A stretch of 49,274 nucleotides of DNA, from contig JAWQFM010000007.1 in NCBI GenBank assembly GCA_033442325.1, positions 1,724,045 to 1,773,318 of the forward strand. Direction: 5' to 3'. This stretch comes from Salpingoeca rosetta (lineage: Eukaryota; Protista; Choanoflagellata). Positions 1 through 11,620 of this stretch are shown here, piece after piece; positions within the stretch are counted from its first letter, which is position 1; each line of letters opens with the position of its first letter. A program made the translations under genes and the position numbers. The notes under the pieces are model-generated. The model searched no databases. It had not been told where the DNA came from and saw only the letters and a program-made list of their open reading frames with translations.

Positions 1-790
1 GCGCTCAACGCTTGCCTGCCCTCATCGACGATGACGAAGGCTGTAGCGCTTGTTTCGTGGGGCGAGTCCGCGGTCCAGTCGACGATGTCGGCGTGAATGC
101 GCTCGCCGGGCAACCTGTGTGCGCTCCGCGTGCTTGCTGACGCTGTGACGAGTGCTCTTGGTGACTGCGCACGTTGTACACTGCTTGCTGCTGATGGCGT
201 TGCGATCGTCGATGCCCATCAGCTTGCAGTACTGCTGCACGTCGTTGTCGTTGCGGTGGCCAAGCACATCATGCATCGATGGTGTGTGTGCCTTGCTCTG
301 GGCTGCAGGAGCTGCTGCGTGTTGCTGTGGTTGCTTGCAGGCATCGTTGGTGAGTCCGTGTGCTGTGGGTGGACCAACAGCAACAATGGGCCAGCATCGG
401 AGGCTGTTGCGCTCCTTCAGCTTGACCTCGGCTCCGTGGCTGAAGCGCACGTAGTGTCCATCAGCGCCATCACGCTGCGAGTGGCCCGTTGGCCTGCCGC
501 TGCTGTCCCTGGTCAGACGACCGAGGGCGATGAGGTTGGCCTGGCCCTCGGGCACGTAGAGGCACTCCTGCAACACAATCTGCATCGTAGCTCCGCTCGT
601 CGTGCGTGCATGCAACAGCACAGAGCCAACACCGCGCACGGGCACACGTGTGCCGCCAAGCGCAGTGATGTGGCGTGGATGGTGCTGTTGCAGGTGCGGT
701 GTCAGCTCCACGAAGGCGTCCTTGACGAAGGTGAGGTTGTTGACAGGCAAGTCCTGTCTGCTGAGTCATCATTGACCTCCCTTTTTCACG
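1..790 (-). mobile_element. Decayed Ty1/copia pol fragment (protease region, integrase Zn finger, start of integrase core); continues beyond the left edge
   Basis: ORF 22..750 has the copia protease-region signature VPVRGVGSVLL...LQECLYVPEGQANLIALGRL and the HHCC finger MHDVLGH...CTTCAVTK. Integrase motifs GERIHADIVD and FVIVDE near 20-110 lie in a shifted frame, so the element is frameshifted. Confidence 0.88.
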
Positions 791-1189
791 ACACCACAAA
801 TTTGCACTCACCTCTCTTGTGTTCTGGAATGTTCACGTGATTTCCCTCCAACCTGTTGCACGTGCAGTGTTTAGCTTGTGTGGTTGCTCGGTGTTACATG
901 CTCTTGCATAACACACCACATAACCACACAACTCTCAACAAACACTGCCACGTCACCACTTTGCGTTGTCGACAATTCTTGTCTTCTGCTCTGTTTCTTT
1001 CTGTTGGAGTGTTCATTCATCCTACATCCTTGTTTGCTTCACAACTCAAGTAAACACGCACAACTTCCTCTTACCAAGACAATCTCCCACACAGCACACA
1101 GCACACACAACACACAGCACACACAGCACACACACACACACACACAAGTCTCCAACAACAGTACCACCACCATGAACTTGCAACACTTG

Positions 1190-1700
1190 TGTGCTACAGC
1201 GATGCCAGCTTCGTCACAGACCAGCTGACGGGCCGCTCCACGACGGGCTTCACCTGCTACATCAACGGCTGTCTTGTGTCCTTGTGTCTTGGAGCAGTCG
1301 GCTGCAACCCACGGTTGCGCTGAGCACCGCCGAGGCCGAGTGCATGGCCATCTCCGCTGCAGCGCAGGATGTCGTCTTCCTGCGGCAGCTGCTCATGGAC
1401 CTCGGCGAGCCCGAGGCTGGAGCCACCAAGATGCTGACAGATAACCAGGCGGCCATCGCCATCGGCAACGACCACGTCACCAAGCCGCGCACGAAGCACA
1501 TCCGGGTACGCCACCACTTCGTGCGGGAGCTCATCGCCGACGGAACCATTGTGCTGCAGCACTGTCCCGGCACGCGGATGGTTGCCGACGCGCTAACCAA
1601 GGCACTGGACAAGCAGACCTTCGAGCAGCACCTGCCACGACTAGTGGGAACATCGACGGCTGAGACGGAGCAGAGGAAGGCAGTTGAGGGGGAGTGTTGA
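1190..1700 (+). mobile_element. Decayed Ty1/copia RNase H (3' end of pol)
   Basis: YSDASF...RSTTG starts at 1195. After a frameshift the sequence reads VSWSSRLQPTVALSTAEAE...TDNQAAI...RTKHIRVRHHFVRE...MVADALTKAL, all hallmark copia RNase H motifs. Confidence 0.93.
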
Positions 1701-1776
1701 GAGTGAGTGAGTTTCTGTTTTGTGTTGAGTCCTTCCTAATTTGCCTTCTCGTGTGGTTTTGTCTTGTTTGCCAACA
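1686..1776 (+). mobile_element. Polypurine tract and start of the copia 3' LTR
   Basis: GAGGGGGAG (1686-1694) is followed directly by TGTTG (1695), the usual copia PPT/LTR junction. The LTR right end is not established; CAACA at 1772-1776 is only a candidate. Confidence 0.7.
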
Positions 1777-2397
1777 ACACCTGCTTTGTGGTTTTTCCGT
1801 TGGCAAACATTCCTTTCTCTCTGCTGGCATGTGTGCCAACTGCCTCTCCTCCCCTCCTCCTCATCCTGCACACGTGAGTTGTGTGCCATGTGTGTTATGT
1901 GTGTGTGCATGCTCGCCATGCTTGGCAAATGCCATGTGTGCGTGCCATGCAGTGTTGTGAAGTGTTGCCTGTTGTGTATGCTTGCCTGCAAGCATTCATG
2001 CCATGCCTAGCATTGCTCTGCGCGCATGTATGCATGCTGGTCGTTGTTTAGATTGTTTGTGTTCGTGCACACTCTGCCCATGTCGCCTTGACAGCGTCAT
2101 TCACTGTGTGTGCACTTGTCTTGTGTTTGTTTGAGCGTGCTGCCCGCGTTGATTTGGCAGCAGCTTGCTGTGTTTGTTCATTCTCCTTGTGTTCTTGTTT
2201 GTTGCGTTTGCCTACAGTGAACGCTCGCATCCCTTACTTTATTTCCTTTCCAAAGATGTTTCAAGAATCAATGAACAAAACAATGAATGGACCGTTCATG
2301 CTTTGTTCTTTTGTTTTACGTTTCAGAAGAAGCACCTCAACGCCACCACCCTCCGTTCGCTTGGTCCTTTGGGCGTGCATGTTTGGCTCCCATCTTG

Positions 2398-4745
2398 CTA
2401 CTTGCGGAAGCAAGCGTTGATTTGAGACCTCGGCCTCGCAACTGGTAGCCACTTTGGAGATAGACTGGGAGGCTCCTCGAAGTCAACCCGCTGAAATGAA
2501 GTGTGAAGTGCGCAGGCACGAGCGATTTGTCAGACGTGAGTCAGTGATAACAAAATGAGGTGTTTCAGAAACACCCTGGACTGTAAATCCAGCAGGCGAA
2601 CGAATCAAGTGGACATGTGTGAGGAGGGAATACAGCTGAGTTGGTTGGTTACGGACGTTGATATGGTGCAGGAGTTGTCTGGCGAACATGAGAAGCAAAT
2701 GCCTTGCTAGAGGTTGGCCCATGCATCCTGTGGTCGCATGGTTGAACCGACAGTGCAGAGGAGACATGGGAAAGCCATTATTAGTGGCGTTCGCGTGGGT
2801 ATGTTCGTTCAGGACACGGAGTGGAAGAAGCATGTCACGCGATATTTTGGGGTGGCCAGCCAGTTGCCACGAGCAGCTGCGAGGCGAAAACCTACTGTCT
2901 GGTCCCCAGCCAAACGTCATGGGCTTGGGAAGCGAGGCATCCAGCCATCGGTCTGCATCAAATGCCTGACCATTTGGGAGCACAGAATGTGTTGGGAAGG
3001 TGGCAACATCAGATCGACTCTTAAAACCGCCGACGGCGTTGGATCAAGCGCGTAAGACAGGATGAGCATGGCAGTGCAAATGACACTTGCATCTGTACAC
3101 GTGCGTGTTGTCTTCATGTGTGTACGCGTGTATGCGTGCGATTACACAAGTGTGTGTGTGTGTGTGTGAATGTGTGCGATTGTGCGATCTGTCTACCTCT
3201 GGGTTCTTGTAGACGTCAGGGTCCTTGTTCATTTCACTGAAGATACACATGATGACTCTTTCGCCTTCAACTCTGTATGGGCCAATATTGCAGACTGCGT
3301 CCTGTGTGTGGGTTGGTAGCCAGAACGGATAACTGATGAGCAATTATCATCCATGGAGCTGTGTGATGGCAGCTGTGTGTAGCACAGGGGGTAGAGCATC
3401 GCAGTCAAGCTCAAGAGCACTCTGCTTGTACCTTCGGTAAGGTGCGCCTGGCGGCAAGGAACGGTGGATGCAGCCGCTCAGTCTATATGATGGTATACAT
3501 GGGGAGAGGTGGCGAGTGATGACGTGGGTGAGACAAAAGGCAAAAACAAATATCAAAAATAAGCGAGCGTGTTCGCCCGCGGCACTGCAAAGGTGGTTGT
3601 GTCGGCCACTTGCTGGATATCACCCCCTCACCTCTGTAAGAAAGCGTTCAAGAAACTGGTCGTCAGACCGAGCACGCTCGAGGGTATCAGGGTGGCTCGT
3701 GAACAGCTCGACCACCTGGTGTCAGCGCAAAGAGCAAGAGCGCGTGATAGTATGAGTGCATGCGTTTTGTGAGTGCTGTGAGTGCGTGACTCAGCATACG
3801 CGCACGTGGGTGTGCTCGGATGGATTGGAATGTACGAAGTGACAAGGCAGGAGATGAGAGCAAACGCGCATCGTTTGACGTGCCATGGACGTGAGAAGGG
3901 ACGCCAGGGCTTTTGGGATCAATGCAGAGATGAACAATAGCAAGTGTCGGCAAGTGACATCCAGGCCCTGGGATTGACAGGCCTGCAGGAAGGCAGCAGG
4001 GTAGAATCGGTGATGGGCGCATATTGTGTGCGCAATGAAGCTATGAAGGGGTGGGCAAAAACCGAGAAACACATCGTGCGAACGCAAGCCAGAACACACA
4101 ACAGCACGAGCACATCTGGACAAATGCACGAACGCGCACAACACACAACACAACACACACACACACACATTCAAAACACACACACACACATGACTGACCT
4201 GAACAATGTGGAACAGGAATTGCTGATGGGGCACAGGCTTGCAGCGCAAGATGCGACCCTTCAAAGGCAATCGATGGTTACGTTACATGTGTGTTGAGGG
4301 GAACAATGAATGAGTACACACGCACGAGAGCACACAGACAGACAGACAGACAGACAGACACACGCGCGCGCACACACAGACTGCGCACTGGTTTTGTGGT
4401 GATTGAAAGGGAAAGGTGTGAGTGAAAGTAGTAAACCTTGATGATTGTTTCGAGTTCCTCCTTTGCATCGAGTGCCTGATCGAGGCCAGACCCTTTGCCA
4501 AAGCCGAGATTGAGGCGAATTGGCAAGGAGGTGAGACCGTGCCTGCAAGCACACAAGCAAGGTGGGGTGCAACCGCGGTTATTGGTTGTGGCGTGCATGG
4601 ATGAGGAGCGGGCAGGATGAGGTCCACTTCTGAAAGCGCAGGGAGACAGATGAGGACAAATCACATGCACATACGCGCATGCGGTAAGATAAACGCGCGC
4701 GCACACAGACAGACAGACAGACACAGACAGACAGACTGACAGACT

Positions 4746-4783
<38 letters not shown>

Positions 4784-4926
4784 TTCAATCACCAGTGCGT
4801 CGTGATGAGCTGAGTCGCTCGATGTAACAGGTCTCTCTCGCCGTCCTGGAAGCATGTATATAGCAGAGGCAGGTGTTACATCGTACACGACACGCTGCGA
4901 CATCCACGGACTCAGTATCAGGCAGC

Positions 4927-4969
<43 letters not shown>

Positions 4970-5036
4970 CACACGCACACGCACACAAGCACAAACACAC
5001 AAAAACGCACACGGACAGACACACAAGCACAAGCAC

Positions 5037-5072
<36 letters not shown>

Positions 5073-6124
5073 TGCAGCACATGTATTCTACCTCAAGGCC
5101 AAGGAACAAGGTGAGTGTTGCTGCAACACAGAGCGCCTTGAGTTCCTGATACAGGTCAAAAGGCGCTTCTGCCTCACTCAGCTGCGTAGTGAAATGGGTG
5201 AGAGGGCGTGATGGACGTGCAGACACGAGAAATGGTCGTAAGACGAAATGCAAGTTTGTTGGCACTCGACAAGAACATCGCCACAGGGCAGTAAGCGCAC
5301 GGCCACAATGCACTGTTCGAAGAGCGGAGAGCGATGTCACGCACTTGTTGAACTTGCTGCCTCGCCCATGCCTCGAGTAGAGCCAGGTTCTCCGCACACG
5401 TCTCCGGGCGAGCAAATACTCGGTGCAGTGCTGCAATCTCTGGGTGTGCGCTGGACTTTGGCGTCAGCAGCATGCACTGGCTGCCATACACCTTCTCAAC
5501 GAAAGGCCGGTAAGCGGATGCACGATCAAGGACAGCCGGGCAGCCTGCAGGCTGTCGTTCGAGCTTGGCTGCTGTGGGTTGCTGCTCATGCTGCTGCTGA
5601 TGGTGCTGGTGGTGTTGGTGGTGGGCGCGCCCTTGCTGCTGCCTGTGCTTGTGATGCTTGCGATGTATCTGATGCTTGTGGTGTTTGCCGTGTTTGCCGT
5701 GTTTGCCGTGTTTGTGTTTGAGCTTGTGGTGTTGATGCGGATCAGTTGCATTGTCTGTTGCATTGTGCTGATGGTCCAGGCTTGAGCTTGCACTTCCTTG
5801 CTGCGCATGCGAGGATGATGTGTGTGCTTGTTGTGACTTGGTGTCGTCAGCTGCGTCCCTGTCGTCCTCCTTGCAGCCATCGTTGTCCTCCGTGTCTTGT
5901 GTATCGCCAGCACCAGCACCGCCCAAGAGGCACTGGCGGCCTGCGTTTGCGGAGCACACGACGATAGTCTTGGCGTTGAGTAGGCGGGTGAGGAAGATGC
6001 GGCCATGTGCTTCAATCTGGGAAGTGAAGAACGCTTGTGTATCACGCCACAAGCTAAAGCTCTGATCCCCAACCACAGCCCACCCAGCACTGCCAGGAGG
6101 AGAGGTGGTGCTGGTGGTGGACAT
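2398..6124 (-). CDS. Cytochrome P450, multi-exon, CYP26/CYP120-like N-terminus
   Basis: ATG at 6124, PPGSAGW...HGRIFLTRLL. K-helix FLTE|TERLHPP (ExxR). DPDVYKNPE|AFDADRW (PERF-like). Heme motif FGWGPDRCMG is rebuilt across intron 2728-2895 (GT..AG). The last exon reads ...KWLPVARPRSQINACFRK* with the stop at 2398-2400. Some internal exon boundaries are approximate. Confidence 0.9.
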
Positions 6125-6393
6125 GGCTGTCGTTGCCCTTGCCGTTGTGCCTTGCCTTGCCTCCTTCCAGCCTTGTGCCTTGCTTCTTGCTGTGTATGCG
6201 GCGTGTTTGTTGAGATTTGCTTGCTTGCTTGGCAGGACTTGCCGTCATCAGCGCGTCATGTCGTGTTAAAACTGCATGGAACCGGCCCACCGGTTGGTTT
6301 TTTGTTTGTGAGCACACGCCCACTCACGCTCACGCTCACGACCGGTGCAAACGATCCAACAACAACAACAACAACAACAACAGGACAGCAACC

Positions 6394-7284
6394 ATGGCAG
6401 ACAAGGCAAACATGCAGCAGTCTCAGCAGCAGGCACCGCCTCCAGCGTACACTCAGCAGCAGCAAGGATACCCACCACAACAGGGTTACCCACCACAACA
6501 GGGTTACCCACCACAGCAGGGTTACCCGCCACAACAGGGTTACCCGCCACAACAGGGTTACCCACAACAGCAAGGATATCCCCAGCAAGGGTACTACCCG
6601 CCGCAACATGGGCCGGCAACAACAACTGGTTGGTGCAAGTCCAAGTGTTCAACCTGTGTGCGTGTGTGTTTGTGTGCATGTGCGTGTCTGTGTGATTATG
6701 TGTGCATGTGCGTGTCTGTGTGATTATGTGTGCACGTGTGTGTTTATGTGTGATATGAAGTGTCTTTGCTTGTCAACCGAATCAAATCTCACCTTACCAC
6801 CACACGCACCACGCACATTGCGGATGTGTTTCTTCTGTATGCAGTGGTTGTTCGCCGCACTGAGAGCAATGTTGTTGGCAAGGAGTTTATCCCCATCAGT
6901 AAGTTTGTCGAGGCTGAAGTTTGGTGTGAGGGCCGAGGGGTTGCTTTGTCTGTTGCACTTCTACGCACATACACATACAATGTACACAACAGCACTTGTA
7001 CGCACGGATACAACACATACAACACGTACAACACCCCCCCCCCACACACGCACACGCACACACACACACGCAGGTACAAACACACATACAATGTACACAA
7101 CAGCGCTTGTACGCACGGATACAACACATACAACACGTACAACACCCCCCCCCCACACCCACACACACACAAACAAACAGGGACCAAAACACATTGGAAG
7201 GACACAAACACACTTGTACTTCCGCCCGGGTGCCAACACACACACACCCAGGGGCGAAAGGCACAAACACACACACACACACAC

Positions 7285-7320
<36 letters not shown>

Positions 7321-7822
7321 ACAAACACACACGCAAACACACGCACACACAACACAATACAACATACATGCTGGGTTAGCTCACCTTCCCTTCCACCCTT
7401 TCCCCTTTGCCTCTTTCTTTCTCAACCCTTCTCGACTTGTCACTCATGAATCCCCAGTGCATCCCGCTGTTGCCGTGTTTCTGTGCATCGTGAACTTTTT
7501 GTTCCCTGGCCTGGGTACCATCATTGCGGGGTTCCTGGCGCTCTGCGGTGCCGCCAACCCCAACTCGGAGTCCCAGTCCGTCATCGCGACCTTCTGCGTC
7601 AACTTCTTCGTCGGCTTGCTTCAGCTCGCATTTGTTGTTGTGTTCCTGCTCGGGTGGGTGTGGTCCATCATGTGGGGCATCCTCTTTGTCGGCCAATCCG
7701 CTCAGTGGAACAACCCGGAGCACGTCGTCACCACCACCACCACAACCACGACTCAGCAGCAGCACCAGCAGTACCACCAACAACAGCAGTTCCACCAGCC
7801 CCCTCAGCAGGCGCAGAAGTGA
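6394..7822 (+). CDS. Stum/SPEC3-family small membrane protein with N-terminal PQQGY repeats
   Basis: Exons 6394-6628, 6845-6898 and 7458-7822 join in phase through GT..AG introns. The product [29 protein letters not shown]...VGLLQL...GWVWSIMWG matches the Stum/SPEC3 signature (CxILNxxxPGLGT...GWxWSIxWG). Confidence 0.85.
6460..6600 (+). repeat. 18-bp coding tandem repeat encoding (QQGYPP)n
   Basis: Units of the type cagggttacccaccacaa occur about 7 times in exon 1 of the Stum-like gene. Confidence 0.9.
6965..7170. repeat. Intronic direct duplication, ~110-bp unit
   Basis: acacatacaatgtacacaacagc(a/g)cttgtacgcacggatacaacacatacaacacgtacaacaccccccc occurs twice, at about 6970 and 7080. Confidence 0.85.
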
Positions 7823-8376
7823 TCATGGGCAACGCGCATGCTCATGCTCGCTTTGGGTGAAGCGGTTGCAAAACCCATGCCTCTGATTACTCGCTTGATG
7901 TGCCATGTCCTGCCACTGTTTGTTTCCATGGTCACTTCACCGTTGCTCGAAGTTGGTGGGTTGCATCGTGTATCTGCGGTTGCCGCCATTTCACCGCGCT
8001 TGTCCCAGTTCAGTATGTTTGTCTCCTGCTCACTGTCGCTTGCCTCAGCCATTTTTGTTTGTGTGCCACCTTGCCTGCATCTGTTGCTGCCCTGCTGGTT
8101 ATGCACCTTTTGTCCGTGTCGAGATGTGGCCCTTTCTTCGTGTATGCGAGGCGACCACATATGCCGTCTGCTCTTTTGCCGTTTGCTGTTTCACTGCTTG
8201 ATTTCGTTCTCAATTATCACAACGTCTCGGTGAACACGTGCACACATGTACACAGCGAAACAGAGAGACAGAAACACAGAGAGACACACAAACAACCACA
8301 CACCCACACACACACACACAGACACGCACACAGACAGACAGACAGACACAGACACACACACACACACACTGTGGAA

Positions 8377-9283
8377 TTATGAGGGTTTCTGCTGGCGTTG
8401 TTGCATGCGCTGCAGGAAGAGAGATGGCTTTGAGCGCGAGGGCAGCGGGTGGCTGTGGGCGAGCGGCGGCGCAGCTTCAACATGCAGGTGGGGGTGATGA
8501 ATGTGGTGGTGGTAGCCGTGTGCAGAAGAAGAAGAGGGTTGTGGTGGTGTGCGGTCGCGGTGGGCAGCCATGGTTTGAGCCAGCTGCCGCTCAACCACTT
8601 CTCCATTGGACACCGCCTGCAGATGCACGGTCGGTCGTGGTGATGAAAATTAGTCAACGCAGTTCACGTGAGGTGGAAGAAGACGCACGAATGAAACCAG
8701 CGGAACAGGGTACTTGGGAGAGGATGGGGGAAGGGGGAAACACAGTTGAGGGTGGATGCAAACACAGGCAACAAGTCCCAGCGGCCAAACGGGCATTGCC
8801 CAGCTACAACAACACCGGCCAGCAAGCAAAGCGAGGACGAAACAGCACACGGGAGCCACACCCAACGCACAGCAGCAGCCACAATTACCGCACCGCGCGT
8901 TGTTGAGGAGGCTGCTGCTCGCGAAGGGCTTCGCGTGTTTCTTGCCGTCCAGCAATTGAGTCTGGTGTGTCCATCGTCTCAAACTCCTTTTCATCGACGC
9001 TTGGTGCAAATCGAACGCGGTTCTTCTTCTTCTTCTCCTGCCTCCCCTGCTTCTTCTTTCCCTTCTTGGCCTCTACATGTCCCGGCGTTGCTGTCGTCTC
9101 GCTCACTCCACTGCCTTCCTGTGTCCACGCCAGATCTGGGTGGTTGTCACTGACCGGGTGCACGTGCGTGTCCTCCTCATTAGGCACCGCAATGTCTGCC
9201 GGCGTGCTTGGGGTGCGGGTGTGTGCAGCGGGTTTGTTGGCTGCATTGCTGTGGCGAAACCGAATGGACAGCGTATTGCGCGG

Positions 9284-9356
<73 letters not shown>

Positions 9357-9533
9357 CGTCGTTCTTCTTCTTCTTCTTCTTCTTCTTCTTCTTCTTCTTC
9401 TTCTTCTTCTTCTTCTTCTTCTTCTTCTTCTTCTTCTTCTTCTTCTTCTTCTTCTTCTTCTTCTTCTTCGTGTGCACGACCAAGAAGTCCTTGCCAAAAT
9501 GCGTCCAGGCTCTGCGGTCTCAGGTCTCCAACG

Positions 9534-9619
<86 letters not shown>

Positions 9620-10404
9620 GTCCTCGTACGGGACATCTCCACCACTGAGGTTGGGTTGTCGCTTGTCGCCTTCGCTGGTGTCACGCCCGTGCACTTCCGT
9701 GCCTCCCTCTGACACCACACAGAAGATAACGAGGCAAAGGGATTCATGCGCATGGGTACAAACAAATGGACATGTAGAGAGGGTGCACACGGGCGCACGC
9801 GAGCGCACAGGACCAAACACAAGCAGGCGGCACTAGGGCAAGTAAATGCACGCAACACGCACACACCATCTGGTAGCGGCGGCTCCTTGTCAAACACCAT
9901 TTCTTCGCCAAACATCTTTGCCATTTCCGTCTGTGGACGGCAAAGGAAGAAGAGCGGGGAGGGTGAGCACCGCACTGTCACGCTTCATCTCATACAAGGA
10001 AAGCAAAGCCAAGGCAGGGCAAGGTCAGGCAGAAGTAACGATTGTAGTTACAGCATCAGCTCACGTCTTTGGCAATGTCTTGAGAAATGTCCTTTCGCAG
10101 AGCCAAGTTGTGCAGCGTGCGCTGTAGGACGGCCACATCCTCTTCAATGTCTGCAAGCACAGCATACAACGGCGCGTGAGAGACGGTTGTGCAGTGATAT
10201 CGTGTGGTTGGGAAGGGGGCGCCACGTGAGCACGTAGTACTTGCCAACCACGCGCTCTCACACGAAGAAAAAGGAAACCAGAGAGGTACAGAGACAGAGA
10301 GGTAGAGAAGTAGGCTAGTCAGAGAGACAGACTTACAGGCATGGACACAAGCGAAGACACGGACACAAGTGAAGACAGGGCACAAGTTGAGATAAAGACG
10401 TCGT

Positions 10405-10436
<32 letters not shown>

Positions 10437-11253
10437 CGCACGCTCACAGAGACAGACAGACAGACAGACAGACACAGACACACACACAGACACACACACA
10501 CACAGACACGCACACACACAGACACACACACGCACACTCACAGAGACAGAGACACAGACACAGACACAGCCATAGACGCAGACAGACAGATACGCACACA
10601 CACAGACACACAGACACACAGACAGACGCAGACACACAGACAGACACACACAGAACACACGCACGCACGTTTGCGGCGCCGAGATGCAATGTCTTTTGCA
10701 CGCGCGGCCGGCATCTCCGCATATTGGTTGTCGCCCAGCAACACGGTAATCTCATTGGTGTGCACCAGTCTTCCAGGAAAGAAGGCGGCCTTGCCAAATG
10801 GCACCTGAGGATGAACCAGCGATGCGTATGAAATGAGAATGGCAGTTCCGCTGGTCATGAAGAACCGTGTCGCACGAGCAGGGCAGATTGCGAAGCAGCG
10901 CAGAGCGTGTATCCTGGACATGCACCATTGCATCGACAGTGAGATGCGTGGGCAAGTCCTCGAGCGTCTCCTCCAGTGCCTGCAGTTCCTTGACTGCACT
11001 TTTCTTTGTCAGCAGCTCCTCTTGCGTTTCGTTTGCCACCTGGAACAGCACAAGGAGCGAGCGGAGGTGGAGGGAGTGAACGTGGATGTGCAGGTATGAG
11101 AGATAGATGGATACGCAGATGGACAGAGGCACACACAAGCAGATTCACAAGCAGATTGGCACACAGATTGGCACACGGATTGGCACACAGATTGGCACAC
11201 ACACACAGACACTCACACACAGAGACAGACACTCACACACACAGAGACAGACA

Positions 11254-11294
<41 letters not shown>

Positions 11295-11333
11295 ACACAC
11301 GCACACACATACACACACACACATACACACACA

Positions 11334-11376
<43 letters not shown>

Positions 11377-11436
11377 ACACACCTTCTGCCATTGTGCAGT
11401 GTAGAAGTCAAAGTCCAGCTGCTGTGGGTTGCTCAT
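8377..11436 (-). CDS. URI1: Unconventional prefoldin RPB5 interactor (URI1/Bud27) homolog, multi-exon
   Basis: ATG at 11436. Prefoldin-alpha exon [43 protein letters not shown], an acidic poly-D/E tract, IRFRHS...TPADI, and URI-box-like [10 protein letters not shown]...KPSLFLQRM near the stop at 8377. Confidence 0.85.
9283..9620 (-). repeat. Three coding trinucleotide tracts (GAT)n, (GAA)n, (CAA)n encoding poly-D, poly-E, poly-Q
   Basis: Plus-strand (ttg)n at 9283-9355, (ttc)n at 9362-9469 and (tca)n at 9533-9619, all in the reading frame of ORF 8885..9820. Confidence 0.95.
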
Positions 11437-11620
11437 CGTTGTCTTGCTTCTTCGTGCATGCGCTGCATGTCCGATTTTTGTGCTTTGTGCGTGCGTGTGT
11501 GTGGTGGCAACGAACCCCAACGAAGATAAGCACGCAACGAACAACACAACACAACAATACCATTCCAGGCAGGCAACAGCGACGAAGTTGGAGAAGCACG
11601 GCGGCGCATGGGCAGCAGAG

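Noticed and set aside
11150-11200. 12-bp tandem repeat cagattggcaca giving a CxxLCANP-like Cys-rich peptide
   Set aside because: It lies inside URI1 intron 1, and the peptide pattern is a by-product of the repeat.
11505-11511. TGGCAAC (RFX X-box half-site), with similar half-sites upstream of alpha-tubulin
   Set aside because: Short half-sites occur often by chance, and no full palindromic X-box was seen.
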